From sequence record OR228459.1: a stretch of 64,000 nucleotides of DNA; one strand, written 5' to 3'. Position 1 is the first letter of the stretch; each line of letters begins with the position of its first letter. The DNA comes from Klebsiella phage fENko-Kae01. Under the pieces are notes generated by a model. That model searched no databases and was not told the origin of the DNA. It worked only from the letters and a program-made list of their open reading frames with translations. The position numbers were made by a program, and so were the translations under genes. Shown piece after piece: positions 41,346 to 49,959 of the stretch.

Positions 41346-42311
41346 ATGAATAAATTAAACAGATCACAAGGTTGTTTAATGGGACTAGCTGTAGGTGATG
41401 CAGTAGGAACTACCTTAGAATTTAAACAAAGAGATTCAGAGAATATCACTGATATGGTAGGTGGTGGCCCATTCCAATTAGAAGTAGGTCAATGGACTGA
41501 TGATACCAGTATGGCATTATGTTTAGGCTATGCATTGCTAGAAGATCATAAAGTAGAAACTTCTGATTGGTCTAGATTGCAATTAGTTAATTACGTTGAT
41601 TGGTACAAAAATGGTTATTGTAGTTCTAATGGATACTGCTTTGATATTGGCGGTACTACTAGTAATGCATTACTAAATTTCATCCGTAATGGTACACTTG
41701 TTAACAACGATCATTTTCTTGATTCTGGTAATGGTAGTTTAATGCGTTTAGCTCCAATCCCAATCTATTATAATACTGGTGCTGATGTTGATAAGTTCAC
41801 CTATTTGTGTTATGCAGCCGATATGAGCAGTTCAACTACACATGCAAGTACTTTATGTCGTCAGTCATGTGTTGCGTTTGCTGTACTACTTAATCGTGCT
41901 TTAAATGGCCCGATTGAATTAGAAAATGTTGAACATGATGTATTACAATCAAAGCGTTCATTACTTTCTTTCCCAGAAAAAGTTTGGGAAGGTCTTGTGA
42001 GTGAACCTTTAGTACTAGAAATCATGAATGGTTCTTATAAGAATAAGTCACGTGATGAAATTAGTTCTAGTGGGTATGTTATTGATAGCTTAGAAGCCGC
42101 TCTATGGTGCTTCTGGAACACCGAAAACTTCCGTGACGCAATCCTATTAGCTGCTAACTTAGGTGACGATGCAGACACCGTAGCGGCAATTACAGGGCAG
42201 ATTGCAGGTGCTTTCTATGGTCTTGATGGTATACCAGATGAATGGGTACAGAAGATTGCCAAGAAAGATGAAATTTTACAATTAGCAGAGGACTTGACAG
42301 ATGGGAATTAA
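41346..42311 (+). CDS. ADP-ribosylglycohydrolase family protein (ARH/DraG-like)
   Basis: N-terminal GCLMGLAVGDAVGTTLEF and C-terminal GDDADTVAAITGQIAGAFYG are the characteristic ARH metal-binding motifs. Confidence 0.8.
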   Translation: MNKLNRSQGCLMGLAVGDAVGTTLEFKQRDSENITDMVGGGPFQLEVGQWTDDTSMALCLGYALLEDHKVETSDWSRLQLVNYVDWYKNGYCSSNGYCFDIGGTTSNALLNFIRNGTLVNNDHFLDSGNGSLMRLAPIPIYYNTGADVDKFTYLCYAADMSSSTTHASTLCRQSCVAFAVLLNRALNGPIELENVEHDVLQSKRSLLSFPEKVWEGLVSEPLVLEIMNGSYKNKSRDEISSSGYVIDSLEAALWCFWNTENFRDAILLAANLGDDADTVAAITGQIAGAFYGLDGIPDEWVQKIAKKDEILQLAEDLTDGN

Positions 42312-42522
42312 TATGTCATATTGCATGTTCGAGAATACATCGGCTGCAATGCAAGAAATTATTGACAAAATGTATGAAGATGACTTTGATCCAAACGAAC
42401 TATCTTCATACGAAAAACGTGCTTTCGATGCTCTATACGATCAAGTACAAACAATTAAAGACCGCCTAGATGAGCTAGAAGAACGTGAATGGTTAGATGA
42501 GGATGAAGACAGTGAAGAATGA
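42301..42522 (+). CDS. hypothetical small acidic protein
   Basis: 73 aa, ATGA-coupled. Confidence 0.4.
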   Translation: MGINMSYCMFENTSAAMQEIIDKMYEDDFDPNELSSYEKRAFDALYDQVQTIKDRLDELEEREWLDEDEDSEE

Positions 42523-42715
42523 TGAACTACCATATATTGTAACAGAACGAACTGTTATTGATTTAGCATATAACCCAAACTATGGAGATAATCGTCTTTG
42601 TACGTGCGGTCATTCATATCATCGCCATTTCGATTCATATGAAGATATGGAACCAGTAGGTTGCAAATATTGTGGTTGCTTTGAATTCGTAGAAAAACTT
42701 GACAACGACAAATAA
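42497..42715 (+). CDS. hypothetical Cys/His-rich small protein (putative zinc-binding)
   Basis: CTCGHSYHRH...CKYCGC. Confidence 0.4.
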   Translation: MRMKTVKNDELPYIVTERTVIDLAYNPNYGDNRLCTCGHSYHRHFDSYEDMEPVGCKYCGCFEFVEKLDNDK

Positions 42716-42727
42716 AGAGGATATAAT

Positions 42728-42919
42728 ATGCATCCAATATTAAAAATTATTTTTGTTATAGTTATTTTTAATACTATTATGGGTGCTATTAATGTATTTT
42801 TCATTGATAACATCGAAATCAAAACAACGTTGAACGTTATCATGTTTGTACTCATAGGTATTGAACTCATCCTATGTAGTATTTGTTGGCATTCACCACT
42901 CGGAGAGAAAATAAAATGA
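42728..42919 (+). CDS. hypothetical small membrane protein
   Basis: 63 aa, two hydrophobic segments. Confidence 0.4.
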   Translation: MHPILKIIFVIVIFNTIMGAINVFFIDNIEIKTTLNVIMFVLIGIELILCSICWHSPLGEKIK

Positions 42920-43410
42920 AATATTACATGGTAAATGAAACGGATGCTAGTGGTGCTGGACGCACGAACTTCACATACTATAAACTTTCAGATTCCAGCA
43001 CTTTAGAAGATGCTAAAGAAATTTACACTGATGAAAATCCTTGGGTTAAGTATCAAGAATGTTCTCGTATGAAAGCCTTTGAAATTGATGAAAGTACTTA
43101 CAACGCTGGTTTAGCTTTCAATCGTTACAATGAAGTATGTAACGAATCATACAATCGTGAGTGGAAAGAAGGAACTAAGCAATACCACAATGGTTATCTA
43201 GCAGAACATTATAACTTCTTTGCTACTCGCAAATGGGCCGAAATGTTTGCTAATCCAAATAAGATTGTGCGTATTGGTTATCCTAAATTACACAATGTTT
43301 ATAAAATGGATGAAAACCGTAATTTACATTTCGTCTATCATTACTGTAATGATATAGATTTTCGTGATGATACACGTGGTCGTGAAGTAATAAGCTGGTA
43401 TAAAAAATGA
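42883..43410 (+). CDS. hypothetical protein
   Basis: 175 aa. Confidence 0.45.
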   Translation: MLAFTTRRENKMKYYMVNETDASGAGRTNFTYYKLSDSSTLEDAKEIYTDENPWVKYQECSRMKAFEIDESTYNAGLAFNRYNEVCNESYNREWKEGTKQYHNGYLAEHYNFFATRKWAEMFANPNKIVRIGYPKLHNVYKMDENRNLHFVYHYCNDIDFRDDTRGREVISWYKK

Positions 43411-43607
43411 AAAAAGAACCTGTTTACGAACAGAAACTTTATTGTCCTCAATGTAAGAATGTGTACCAGTACAGAACGAATGAATGTGAAGTCTGTGGCT
43501 TCGCTATTCACAATCATTTTTGGGTCGATGAACGGTTTAAGGAATTACGCTCTTTCCGTGCTATCCGCTCAATGGAAAAATACATGGAAAATATGAGGAA
43601 CGAATGA
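43407..43607 (+). CDS. hypothetical zinc-ribbon small protein
   Basis: CPQC...CEVCG. Confidence 0.4.
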   Translation: MKKEPVYEQKLYCPQCKNVYQYRTNECEVCGFAIHNHFWVDERFKELRSFRAIRSMEKYMENMRNE

Positions 43608-43984
43608 ATATTACAGAACAAATGAAAACCATCCCATTTTTAAGTACTCGTATCTTCATTGAGGATGGTTATGAAAAAACTGTGAGTATTATCGCTTACC
43701 GTGATAGTGAAGATTCACCATATAGTAATATTATTGCATGTCCACAATGCAATGGTATTGGTGCAATGGTAACTCTATTCACGAATGGTTGCATGGTCAA
43801 GTTAGATATGAATAAACTAATAATCACTGTTAACATTCCCGGTGATGAACCGTCTATTGCAACCTTTCCTCTTAATGTTGATGAGGGTGGCTTTTTCCAA
43901 GAAACAGTACTTCATGATTTCAAGGATATTACGTTCGAGCACCTAAAGGCTGTTCGTGATGTAGTGGAACTATATAATGACTAA
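43604..43984 (+). CDS. hypothetical protein
   Basis: 126 aa, CPQCNG motif. Confidence 0.4.
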   Translation: MNITEQMKTIPFLSTRIFIEDGYEKTVSIIAYRDSEDSPYSNIIACPQCNGIGAMVTLFTNGCMVKLDMNKLIITVNIPGDEPSIATFPLNVDEGGFFQETVLHDFKDITFEHLKAVRDVVELYND

Positions 43985-44411
43985 TTCTGAAAAGTTAAAC
44001 AAGATGTTGTATACATTCTTTTTAGCTGATGATGGGATTTACAATGAAGAACGTATCTTTTCTTACATGTCTTGTAATGCAACGAGATCAAAAGAATCAT
44101 TTGACACATTCTATTATATGGATGCAAGATGTTCATTGAATTTTGATTGTATTGAGGGTGTATTCAATAAGTTAATACTTTATCCTGATAGTTATAATTC
44201 AGACGTACCATTTTTGAGTATTGATAGGGATGGTATGATTATTGGTGGTTGTGCAGGTAATGATAAAGATCTTTTCTTTTATAAAGATTGCATTCCTACC
44301 AGTACTGAATTAAAGAAAATTGGTATGAATTGCGAAACATTGGATTTACTTAATTTCATATTGATTAAATTCAAACCAATCATGGATAGGATACAGAAGA
44401 AATTTAAATAA
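43977..44411 (+). CDS. hypothetical protein
   Basis: 144 aa. Confidence 0.4.
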   Translation: MTNSEKLNKMLYTFFLADDGIYNEERIFSYMSCNATRSKESFDTFYYMDARCSLNFDCIEGVFNKLILYPDSYNSDVPFLSIDRDGMIIGGCAGNDKDLFFYKDCIPTSTELKKIGMNCETLDLLNFILIKFKPIMDRIQKKFK

Positions 44412-44413
44412 AT

Positions 44414-44445
44414 CTTGGGACAAACTAGGATTTATGTGATATAAT
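44414..44445 (+). promoter_or_regulatory. conserved promoter class upstream of tRNA
   Basis: CTTGGGACAAA-N10-TGTGATATAATATAATTA. Confidence 0.6.
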
Positions 44446-44453
44446 ATAATTAC

Positions 44454-44544
<91 letters not shown>

Positions 44545-44562
44545 TTTTAAAACGAGGTTTAT

Positions 44563-45834
44563 ATGGGTAGCTTTAATGCATCATGTGCAGTAAGTAAGTG
44601 TAGTATTAACCCCGGAGATCGTGTAAAATTGATCCCAATTGTAAGTACCACATCATTGAATACCGAATATAGCTCCCAAATGCATTTAGGTTTTGGATGC
44701 TATTGTTATGATTATTTCAAATTCTTAGGTTTACCTATGGATGCGACATATGAAGATTATGGTAATTTTGATGTATTACCGGGATTTGCATCGAACTACA
44801 ATTTGAGTATTATTAAACAAAATTATACTCAAACGCCATTACCAACAGATGCAGAAGAACGTAGATATCTCGATCGTGAACCATATGAAACCACGGCTGA
44901 TGATTTAGATTGGGAAACTATTGGTAAGATGATCCATTACGGAACTATCTTCCTTGATAGCAATCAAGATTTTTCCCGTCGCAAACATCTAGGGTTTTTT
45001 CCTATTCTAGAATGCGTATACAACGTTATGATGGAACGCACACACGAGATGTACTTTGACAACCATTATTCTCGCGTAACACTAGATCAGTACTACGAAA
45101 GTCAAGTACAAGAACTTTCTGGATTCTCAAAAGAACTTGAAGCTAAGATTTCTGAATATATGGAACTTTTTGGTGATAGTATTGGTGAGATTGGTAAATC
45201 TGGTAAGGTAATCACTGCCGAAGAGATTTATGAAAAAGCTGTACGCATGGCAGAGTTTAGTATTGGTAGTCATACCAATCGTGATGAGTACTCATATAAG
45301 AATACGTCAAGTATGACAACTATCCGTGAATCATATCAAGATTTGTACTCAAAACCATTGACTGATAATGAAGAACTTGCTATCATTAGACTTAAGGTTG
45401 AATTGCTTTTTGTGGTATGTGCACTAAATGCATTCCAGATTCCAATTCTACCTCCTATGACAGCAGGACAGCAGTACGATAAAACTGAACATGCATCTTT
45501 CTTGATTCGTATTGGTCAAGAGATTATGAACATGCAAAATAAAGACAATGATGAATCCGAGTTCAACGAATGGGAATTCAACACCACTGTTTCAGCGGTA
45601 GTTCAGGTTTCTTTGCAGAAATTGAGAGCACGTGCTGATAATGATTATCAGAATGAACGTGGTAAAAAAGCACTTGAACTAATTGATGATTTCGTGTTAG
45701 AATACCCTAATGGTATGGAAATGAATACTTCTGAACTTATGAACAGTAAGTATGCATTATTCACTGAGTACTTTGAAAGTAACCTACTTAACTTCAAATT
45801 CATTGTTGACTTAACTGATGAAGATGGGGTATAA
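44563..45834 (+). CDS. hypothetical protein
   Basis: 423 aa; GAGG RBS. Confidence 0.5.
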   Translation: MGSFNASCAVSKCSINPGDRVKLIPIVSTTSLNTEYSSQMHLGFGCYCYDYFKFLGLPMDATYEDYGNFDVLPGFASNYNLSIIKQNYTQTPLPTDAEERRYLDREPYETTADDLDWETIGKMIHYGTIFLDSNQDFSRRKHLGFFPILECVYNVMMERTHEMYFDNHYSRVTLDQYYESQVQELSGFSKELEAKISEYMELFGDSIGEIGKSGKVITAEEIYEKAVRMAEFSIGSHTNRDEYSYKNTSSMTTIRESYQDLYSKPLTDNEELAIIRLKVELLFVVCALNAFQIPILPPMTAGQQYDKTEHASFLIRIGQEIMNMQNKDNDESEFNEWEFNTTVSAVVQVSLQKLRARADNDYQNERGKKALELIDDFVLEYPNGMEMNTSELMNSKYALFTEYFESNLLNFKFIVDLTDEDGV

Positions 45835-45839
45835 TAAAT

Positions 45840-46193
45840 ATGAAAGTCGGTGAACTTTTAGAGATTTTGAAACAATTACCACCACAAGCTGAGGTTGTAA
45901 TTCCAGTAAAATCCACATTAGATACTATTGGGCCAACCCCAAGCACTAAAATACATGCTGTATATAATGGTTTTGATTGGGATTCTGGGACTGTTCAAAT
46001 TTGGACTGATGACGTTTTAGTACGTTTCACACCAGAGCAGCTTGAAGCATTCAAAGTAATGCAAAATGAAGCTCGTATGGTACGCCGTTCTGCATGGGCT
46101 GAGGCTCGTAATAAAGGTACAGACTATAATGCGGCAATGCATGACACAGAAAAAGATGTACACCCGTTGTTCAGGGTAACAAAGGATAAGTAA
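45840..46193 (+). CDS. hypothetical protein
   Basis: 117 aa. Confidence 0.45.
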   Translation: MKVGELLEILKQLPPQAEVVIPVKSTLDTIGPTPSTKIHAVYNGFDWDSGTVQIWTDDVLVRFTPEQLEAFKVMQNEARMVRRSAWAEARNKGTDYNAAMHDTEKDVHPLFRVTKDK

Positions 46194-46735
46194 TGGTAAA
46201 AGATATTCAACAACTAATTTCTCAGATTGAAGAATTCCTTAGTGATAAAGAAGGATTCAGTACTGAAGTAACAAATAATAAATGTGTAATTAAGATTACC
46301 AATCCCGGTGATCGTGAAGTTCAATATGATGGTTATGAACTACTACTTTACACACTAGGTACACGTAAACTTGGAAGTGATATTGAACTAAATATTCATG
46401 ACACTGAAGATGGTAAGGTATTTGCAATTAATACTGAAGCTAAACTTGACCTACGTCAATATATGGCTGATGTGAATGCTGAACTATGCACAATTGATGA
46501 TGAAGACGTACAAAGTATTGTTGTATGTGATCAAACTGCGGAAGTTCCCCATCCTTATTGTGTACTAACGATTTTCAAAAACGGGAATTGGCTACGTCAA
46601 GACTTGACTATGGCAGAACTACTTTATGCAGCAACGCATGAACTTGTCGTTGAGAAAGTTGATGGTGCGTATGTTTATCCTAAACTACGTGAGCTAGCAA
46701 ATCGTGTGATTTCCGAAGTCCAAGAAAATAAATAA
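46193..46735 (+). CDS. hypothetical protein
   Basis: 180 aa. Confidence 0.45.
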   Translation: MVKDIQQLISQIEEFLSDKEGFSTEVTNNKCVIKITNPGDREVQYDGYELLLYTLGTRKLGSDIELNIHDTEDGKVFAINTEAKLDLRQYMADVNAELCTIDDEDVQSIVVCDQTAEVPHPYCVLTIFKNGNWLRQDLTMAELLYAATHELVVEKVDGAYVYPKLRELANRVISEVQENK

Positions 46736-46742
46736 AAAAAAC

Positions 46743-46773
46743 TTGGGACAAATCACTGAAAATGTGATATAAT
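46743..46773 (+). promoter_or_regulatory. conserved promoter class upstream of tRNA-Thr
   Basis: CTTGGGACAAA-N10-TGTGATATAATATAATTA. Confidence 0.6.
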
Positions 46774-46780
46774 ATAATTA

Positions 46781-46820
46781 TGATAAGGAACGTGTTTGTG
46801 TTATTATCCTTATCATTTTC
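46781..46820 (+). other. leader hairpin plus U-tract between promoter and tRNA (attenuator/processing-site candidate)
   Basis: TGATAAGGA-17 nt loop-TCCTTATCA followed by TTTTC, immediately before the tRNA 5' end. Confidence 0.4.
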
Positions 46821-46821
46821 T

Positions 46822-46897
46822 GCTGCAATAGCTCAGTAGGTAGAGCAACTCACTTGTAATGAGAAGGTCGCGGGTTCGATTCCTGCTTGCAGCACCA
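46822..46897 (+). tRNA. tRNA-Thr (anticodon UGU)
   Basis: acceptor GCTGCAA/TTGCAGC, D-arm AGCTCAGTAGGTAGAGC, anticodon loop CTTGTAA, T-arm GGTTCGATTCC, encoded CCA. Confidence 0.8.
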
Positions 46898-46905
46898 ATA
46901 TCCAG

Positions 46906-46942
46906 CGTTGTTTAGTTTTTTCTCCTTTTTAGGCTAAACAAC
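46906..46942 (+). other. long hairpin downstream of tRNA-Thr (processing/terminator-like)
   Basis: GTTGTTTAG-18 nt loop-CTAAACAAC; no clean U-tract. Confidence 0.3.
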
Positions 46943-46961
46943 ATTCCCTTTAATTTTGTTA

Positions 46962-46990
46962 TTGACTTTTGCCCGAACATGTGTTACAAT
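46962..46990 (+). promoter_or_regulatory. sigma70-type promoter
   Basis: TTGACT-17-TACAAT. Confidence 0.5.
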
Positions 46991-47017
46991 ATGAACGGGC
47001 TTTCTTTTGGAGAAAAA

Positions 47018-47203
47018 ATGTCAAATATGATGAAGAAGTGGCTTGTAGGATTCTGTATTGTTCTTTACGTCCTACTCGTAATGTTTAACGTAGTACCCGG
47101 AATGATATCGGCTCCCGATACTCTCCAAAACGTGCTCGGAAGTGCAATCTTTGTATTCAGTTTCCCAGCAATCTATGTAATTATCAAGAAGGTATTCAAA
47201 TAA
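47018..47203 (+). CDS. small membrane protein (possible partner of downstream SPFH protein)
   Basis: 61 aa from ATG 47018 (GGAGAAAAA RBS); two hydrophobic helices; ATGTTCAAG overlap with next gene. Confidence 0.45.
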   Translation: MSNMMKKWLVGFCIVLYVLLVMFNVVPGMISAPDTLQNVLGSAIFVFSFPAIYVIIKKVFK

Positions 47204-48042
47204 TGTTCAAGAAAATTCTACTAGCAGTTGGTCTTATGGTTGGTGCACTAACCCTATCAGGTTGTGACCGTGTTGAACCGGGTTTTGTTGGTATTAAAGT
47301 CAACAAACTAGGTGATGATAAAGGTGTTGGTGAAGTTGTTGGTGTGGGCCGTGTATGGACTGGTATTAATACTGACCTATACGTTTTCCCAATGTTCAAA
47401 CAAATGAAATCATATGATGATGTGTTTACTTTCCAAATGCGTGACGGTACTACAATCGGTTATCATATTGGCGTTTCCTATAAAGTTGACCCAACTAAAG
47501 TTAAAACTGTTTTCCAAACGTATCGTAAAGGTGTAGATGATATTACCGATACTGACCTACGTATGAAAATCAGTGATTCACTAACTAGCCTAGCTAGTAA
47601 AATGACTACTGACCAATTTATCGACGGTGGTAAAGCTGCACTACTAGACGATGCACTAAAAGCTCTACAAGCTGAAATGAATCCAATTGGTATTCAAATC
47701 ATGAGTCTATCTTGGATTGGTAAACCAGAGTATCCACCAAGTGTTATTGATTCTATCAATGCTAAAGTAACGGCTAACCAGAAAACGCTACAACGTCAGC
47801 AAGAAGTACAGCAACGTGAAGCGGAAGCTAACATGAAACGTGCTGAAGCAGCAGGTGAAGCAGATGCTAAACTACGTCTAGCACAAGCGGAAGCTAAGAG
47901 TATCGAGATTCTAGGTGAAGCACTACGCCGCAACCCAGATGTTAAAGAACTTAAAGCTATTGAGAAGTGGGATGGTAAGCTACCCGGTATGATGGGTTCC
48001 CAAGCTGTGCCATTTGTACAAATTCCAAATTCTGCTAATTAA
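47203..48042 (+). CDS. SPFH/band-7 (HflK/C-stomatin-like) lipoprotein
   Basis: lipobox LTLSGC after signal peptide; SPFH core (VGIKVNKLGDD...YHIGVSYKVDP); C-terminal coiled coil rich in A/E/Q/R. Confidence 0.6.
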   Translation: MFKKILLAVGLMVGALTLSGCDRVEPGFVGIKVNKLGDDKGVGEVVGVGRVWTGINTDLYVFPMFKQMKSYDDVFTFQMRDGTTIGYHIGVSYKVDPTKVKTVFQTYRKGVDDITDTDLRMKISDSLTSLASKMTTDQFIDGGKAALLDDALKALQAEMNPIGIQIMSLSWIGKPEYPPSVIDSINAKVTANQKTLQRQQEVQQREAEANMKRAEAAGEADAKLRLAQAEAKSIEILGEALRRNPDVKELKAIEKWDGKLPGMMGSQAVPFVQIPNSAN

Positions 48043-48060
48043 CAATTTGTGAATTCCTAA

Positions 48061-48090
48061 GCTCCTTCAGATGAAGGGGCTTTTATTTTA
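48061..48090 (+). terminator. intrinsic terminator
   Basis: GCTCCTTC-AGAT-GAAGGGGC then TTTTATTTT. Confidence 0.6.
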
Positions 48091-48108
48091 CCCATAGGAA
48101 ATAACCTT

Positions 48109-48501
48109 ATGTTTGATGTGGAAAATTTTATTAGTTCTCTTGAAGTTTTTGCTAGTCAAGAATCAATCAATTATACTATGATGAAAAAGAGTTTTGATTG
48201 TACTAAACATCTAGAAATTGATTCTTTCTCATCTAAAATGAAAATACGAATTAAAAAAAATGATCCAGAACTAGAGTATGAGTTGATCTATGACCCAGAT
48301 ATGGATTGGATTATATATGGATGTAGAAAAACACGATATATTTCCATTTATGGGGATTCAAGAAATATAGTATGTAGAAAATATTTTAAACAGATTAGTA
48401 CTAAACATTATGAATATGTTCCACCTGCGATCATAGAACTAATCAAACAACTTCATGAGCATATTATTATTTCAATTAAACTTAGGGAAAGAAATGGATA
48501 A
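48109..48501 (+). CDS. hypothetical protein
   Basis: 130 aa. Confidence 0.45.
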   Translation: MFDVENFISSLEVFASQESINYTMMKKSFDCTKHLEIDSFSSKMKIRIKKNDPELEYELIYDPDMDWIIYGCRKTRYISIYGDSRNIVCRKYFKQISTKHYEYVPPAIIELIKQLHEHIIISIKLRERNG

Positions 48502-48919
48502 ATTTAAACAATATACAATACAACTATATAATAACTGTACAGAATTAATAGCCGATGTTCATCGCGGTCGTCGTAAATTTAGAAATATTTACGAATCAAC
48601 ACAAAAAGTGATCTTTGAAGACTTAGCTATGCGTACAGTGCAATTATCATCTAACGAGTTAGTACTTAAGTTTGAAAATATCTCAATATATTTCAGGGAT
48701 AATATCATTCAGTTTTGTCTTAATCAGATTTCTTATGTTCATGATGTAATATACATACCGAACAACAAAGATTTTTCTTTTTATGAAATTTATAGCGAAT
48801 GTGATCTATTTCAGTTAAGTACAGTAGTGGATACTAAATTAATCCGTTTCGAAGATATTGATTTATTGAATCGCATCAAATCATATTTTGAATACCGCCA
48901 TTTAGAAAATAATATTTGA
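48494..48919 (+). CDS. hypothetical protein
   Basis: internal ATG with GGGAAAGAA RBS preferred over ORF-track start 48455. Confidence 0.4.
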   Translation: MDKFKQYTIQLYNNCTELIADVHRGRRKFRNIYESTQKVIFEDLAMRTVQLSSNELVLKFENISIYFRDNIIQFCLNQISYVHDVIYIPNNKDFSFYEIYSECDLFQLSTVVDTKLIRFEDIDLLNRIKSYFEYRHLENNI

Positions 48920-48965
48920 TTATACCCGGCACATATGCTATAGTGTATGAAAAAAGGAGATATGT

Positions 48966-49424
48966 ATGAATATGCAAGAATACATGAAGTTGTTTACTGA
49001 CGTTGATTTTTCAGCGTGGACAATATTGAGAAATCGCAATAATAATATTATTTGGCTAAATCAGAATATTGATGGTTTAAAAATTCATATCAACCTCGCT
49101 AATGAACCGAGTGTCCGTTTTTATCAATTTAAAAAAGATGAAAAGAATGTCAGTACTGAACGTATGACAATAACAAACAACTATATCAGATTTGAGGAAA
49201 TGGTTGTTCACTATAATGAAGAAACTAAAAAACACACTAGTGAAGAAAACATTATTGCATACGTACCTAAGTACAAAGAAATATTTTCAGAAGAACAATT
49301 CTTCCAAGAAAGTCTAGTTAATGATTATGGTGATTTGGGATATAACGACATTCTAGTATTATCAGATCTAAGAGACCGTGCGGTTGATATTGCTAAGAAG
49401 GAATTAGAAAATGTCGGAGCATGA
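48966..49424 (+). CDS. hypothetical protein
   Basis: 152 aa; AAGGAGA RBS. Confidence 0.5.
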   Translation: MNMQEYMKLFTDVDFSAWTILRNRNNNIIWLNQNIDGLKIHINLANEPSVRFYQFKKDEKNVSTERMTITNNYIRFEEMVVHYNEETKKHTSEENIIAYVPKYKEIFSEEQFFQESLVNDYGDLGYNDILVLSDLRDRAVDIAKKELENVGA

Positions 49425-49959
49425 TATTATCAAAATGATTCCTAGTACTGCTAAAACTCTTCTCCGTAATATTTCATTCAAGAAGATGAAACGTACTACC
49501 CGTCAAAAAGGCCGTTATTATTATCGTGGGAAACTATATGATTGTTTACGTGTAATTATTGATGTAAATGAACACACGATTAAGTTTGCTCGTGAGTTGA
49601 AAGTTGGTTATGGTATGCGTAATGAATCATTGACATATGATTATAAGAATGGTACAGTACTAAAATACTTTCATGAACCATCAGCCTATGATGCTGATTA
49701 TAATAAAGTACAATACCCTTTTATTGATGATGAAGCCATGCATTTTATGGAAAGCACAATGCAAGATAAGTACTTTCCAACGGTAGAAGACTTTGCTAAA
49801 ATAAAAGAACTTAAAGAACATTTTTATGAGGATGCAAAAGCATGGGAGAACGAACTTTACCAGAAAGAACAGGAACGACGAAAGAAGAGTTGGAACGAAT
49901 GGCAAGCCAAATTAAAAGTAACCCAGAAGAAATCATCGGGAAAGCATACATCCTTCTAA
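49411..49959 (+). CDS. hypothetical protein
   Basis: 182 aa; 3' end overlaps the Pth2-like ORF by >100 nt, so its true end or function is uncertain. Confidence 0.4.
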   Translation: MSEHDIIKMIPSTAKTLLRNISFKKMKRTTRQKGRYYYRGKLYDCLRVIIDVNEHTIKFARELKVGYGMRNESLTYDYKNGTVLKYFHEPSAYDADYNKVQYPFIDDEAMHFMESTMQDKYFPTVEDFAKIKELKEHFYEDAKAWENELYQKEQERRKKSWNEWQAKLKVTQKKSSGKHTSF

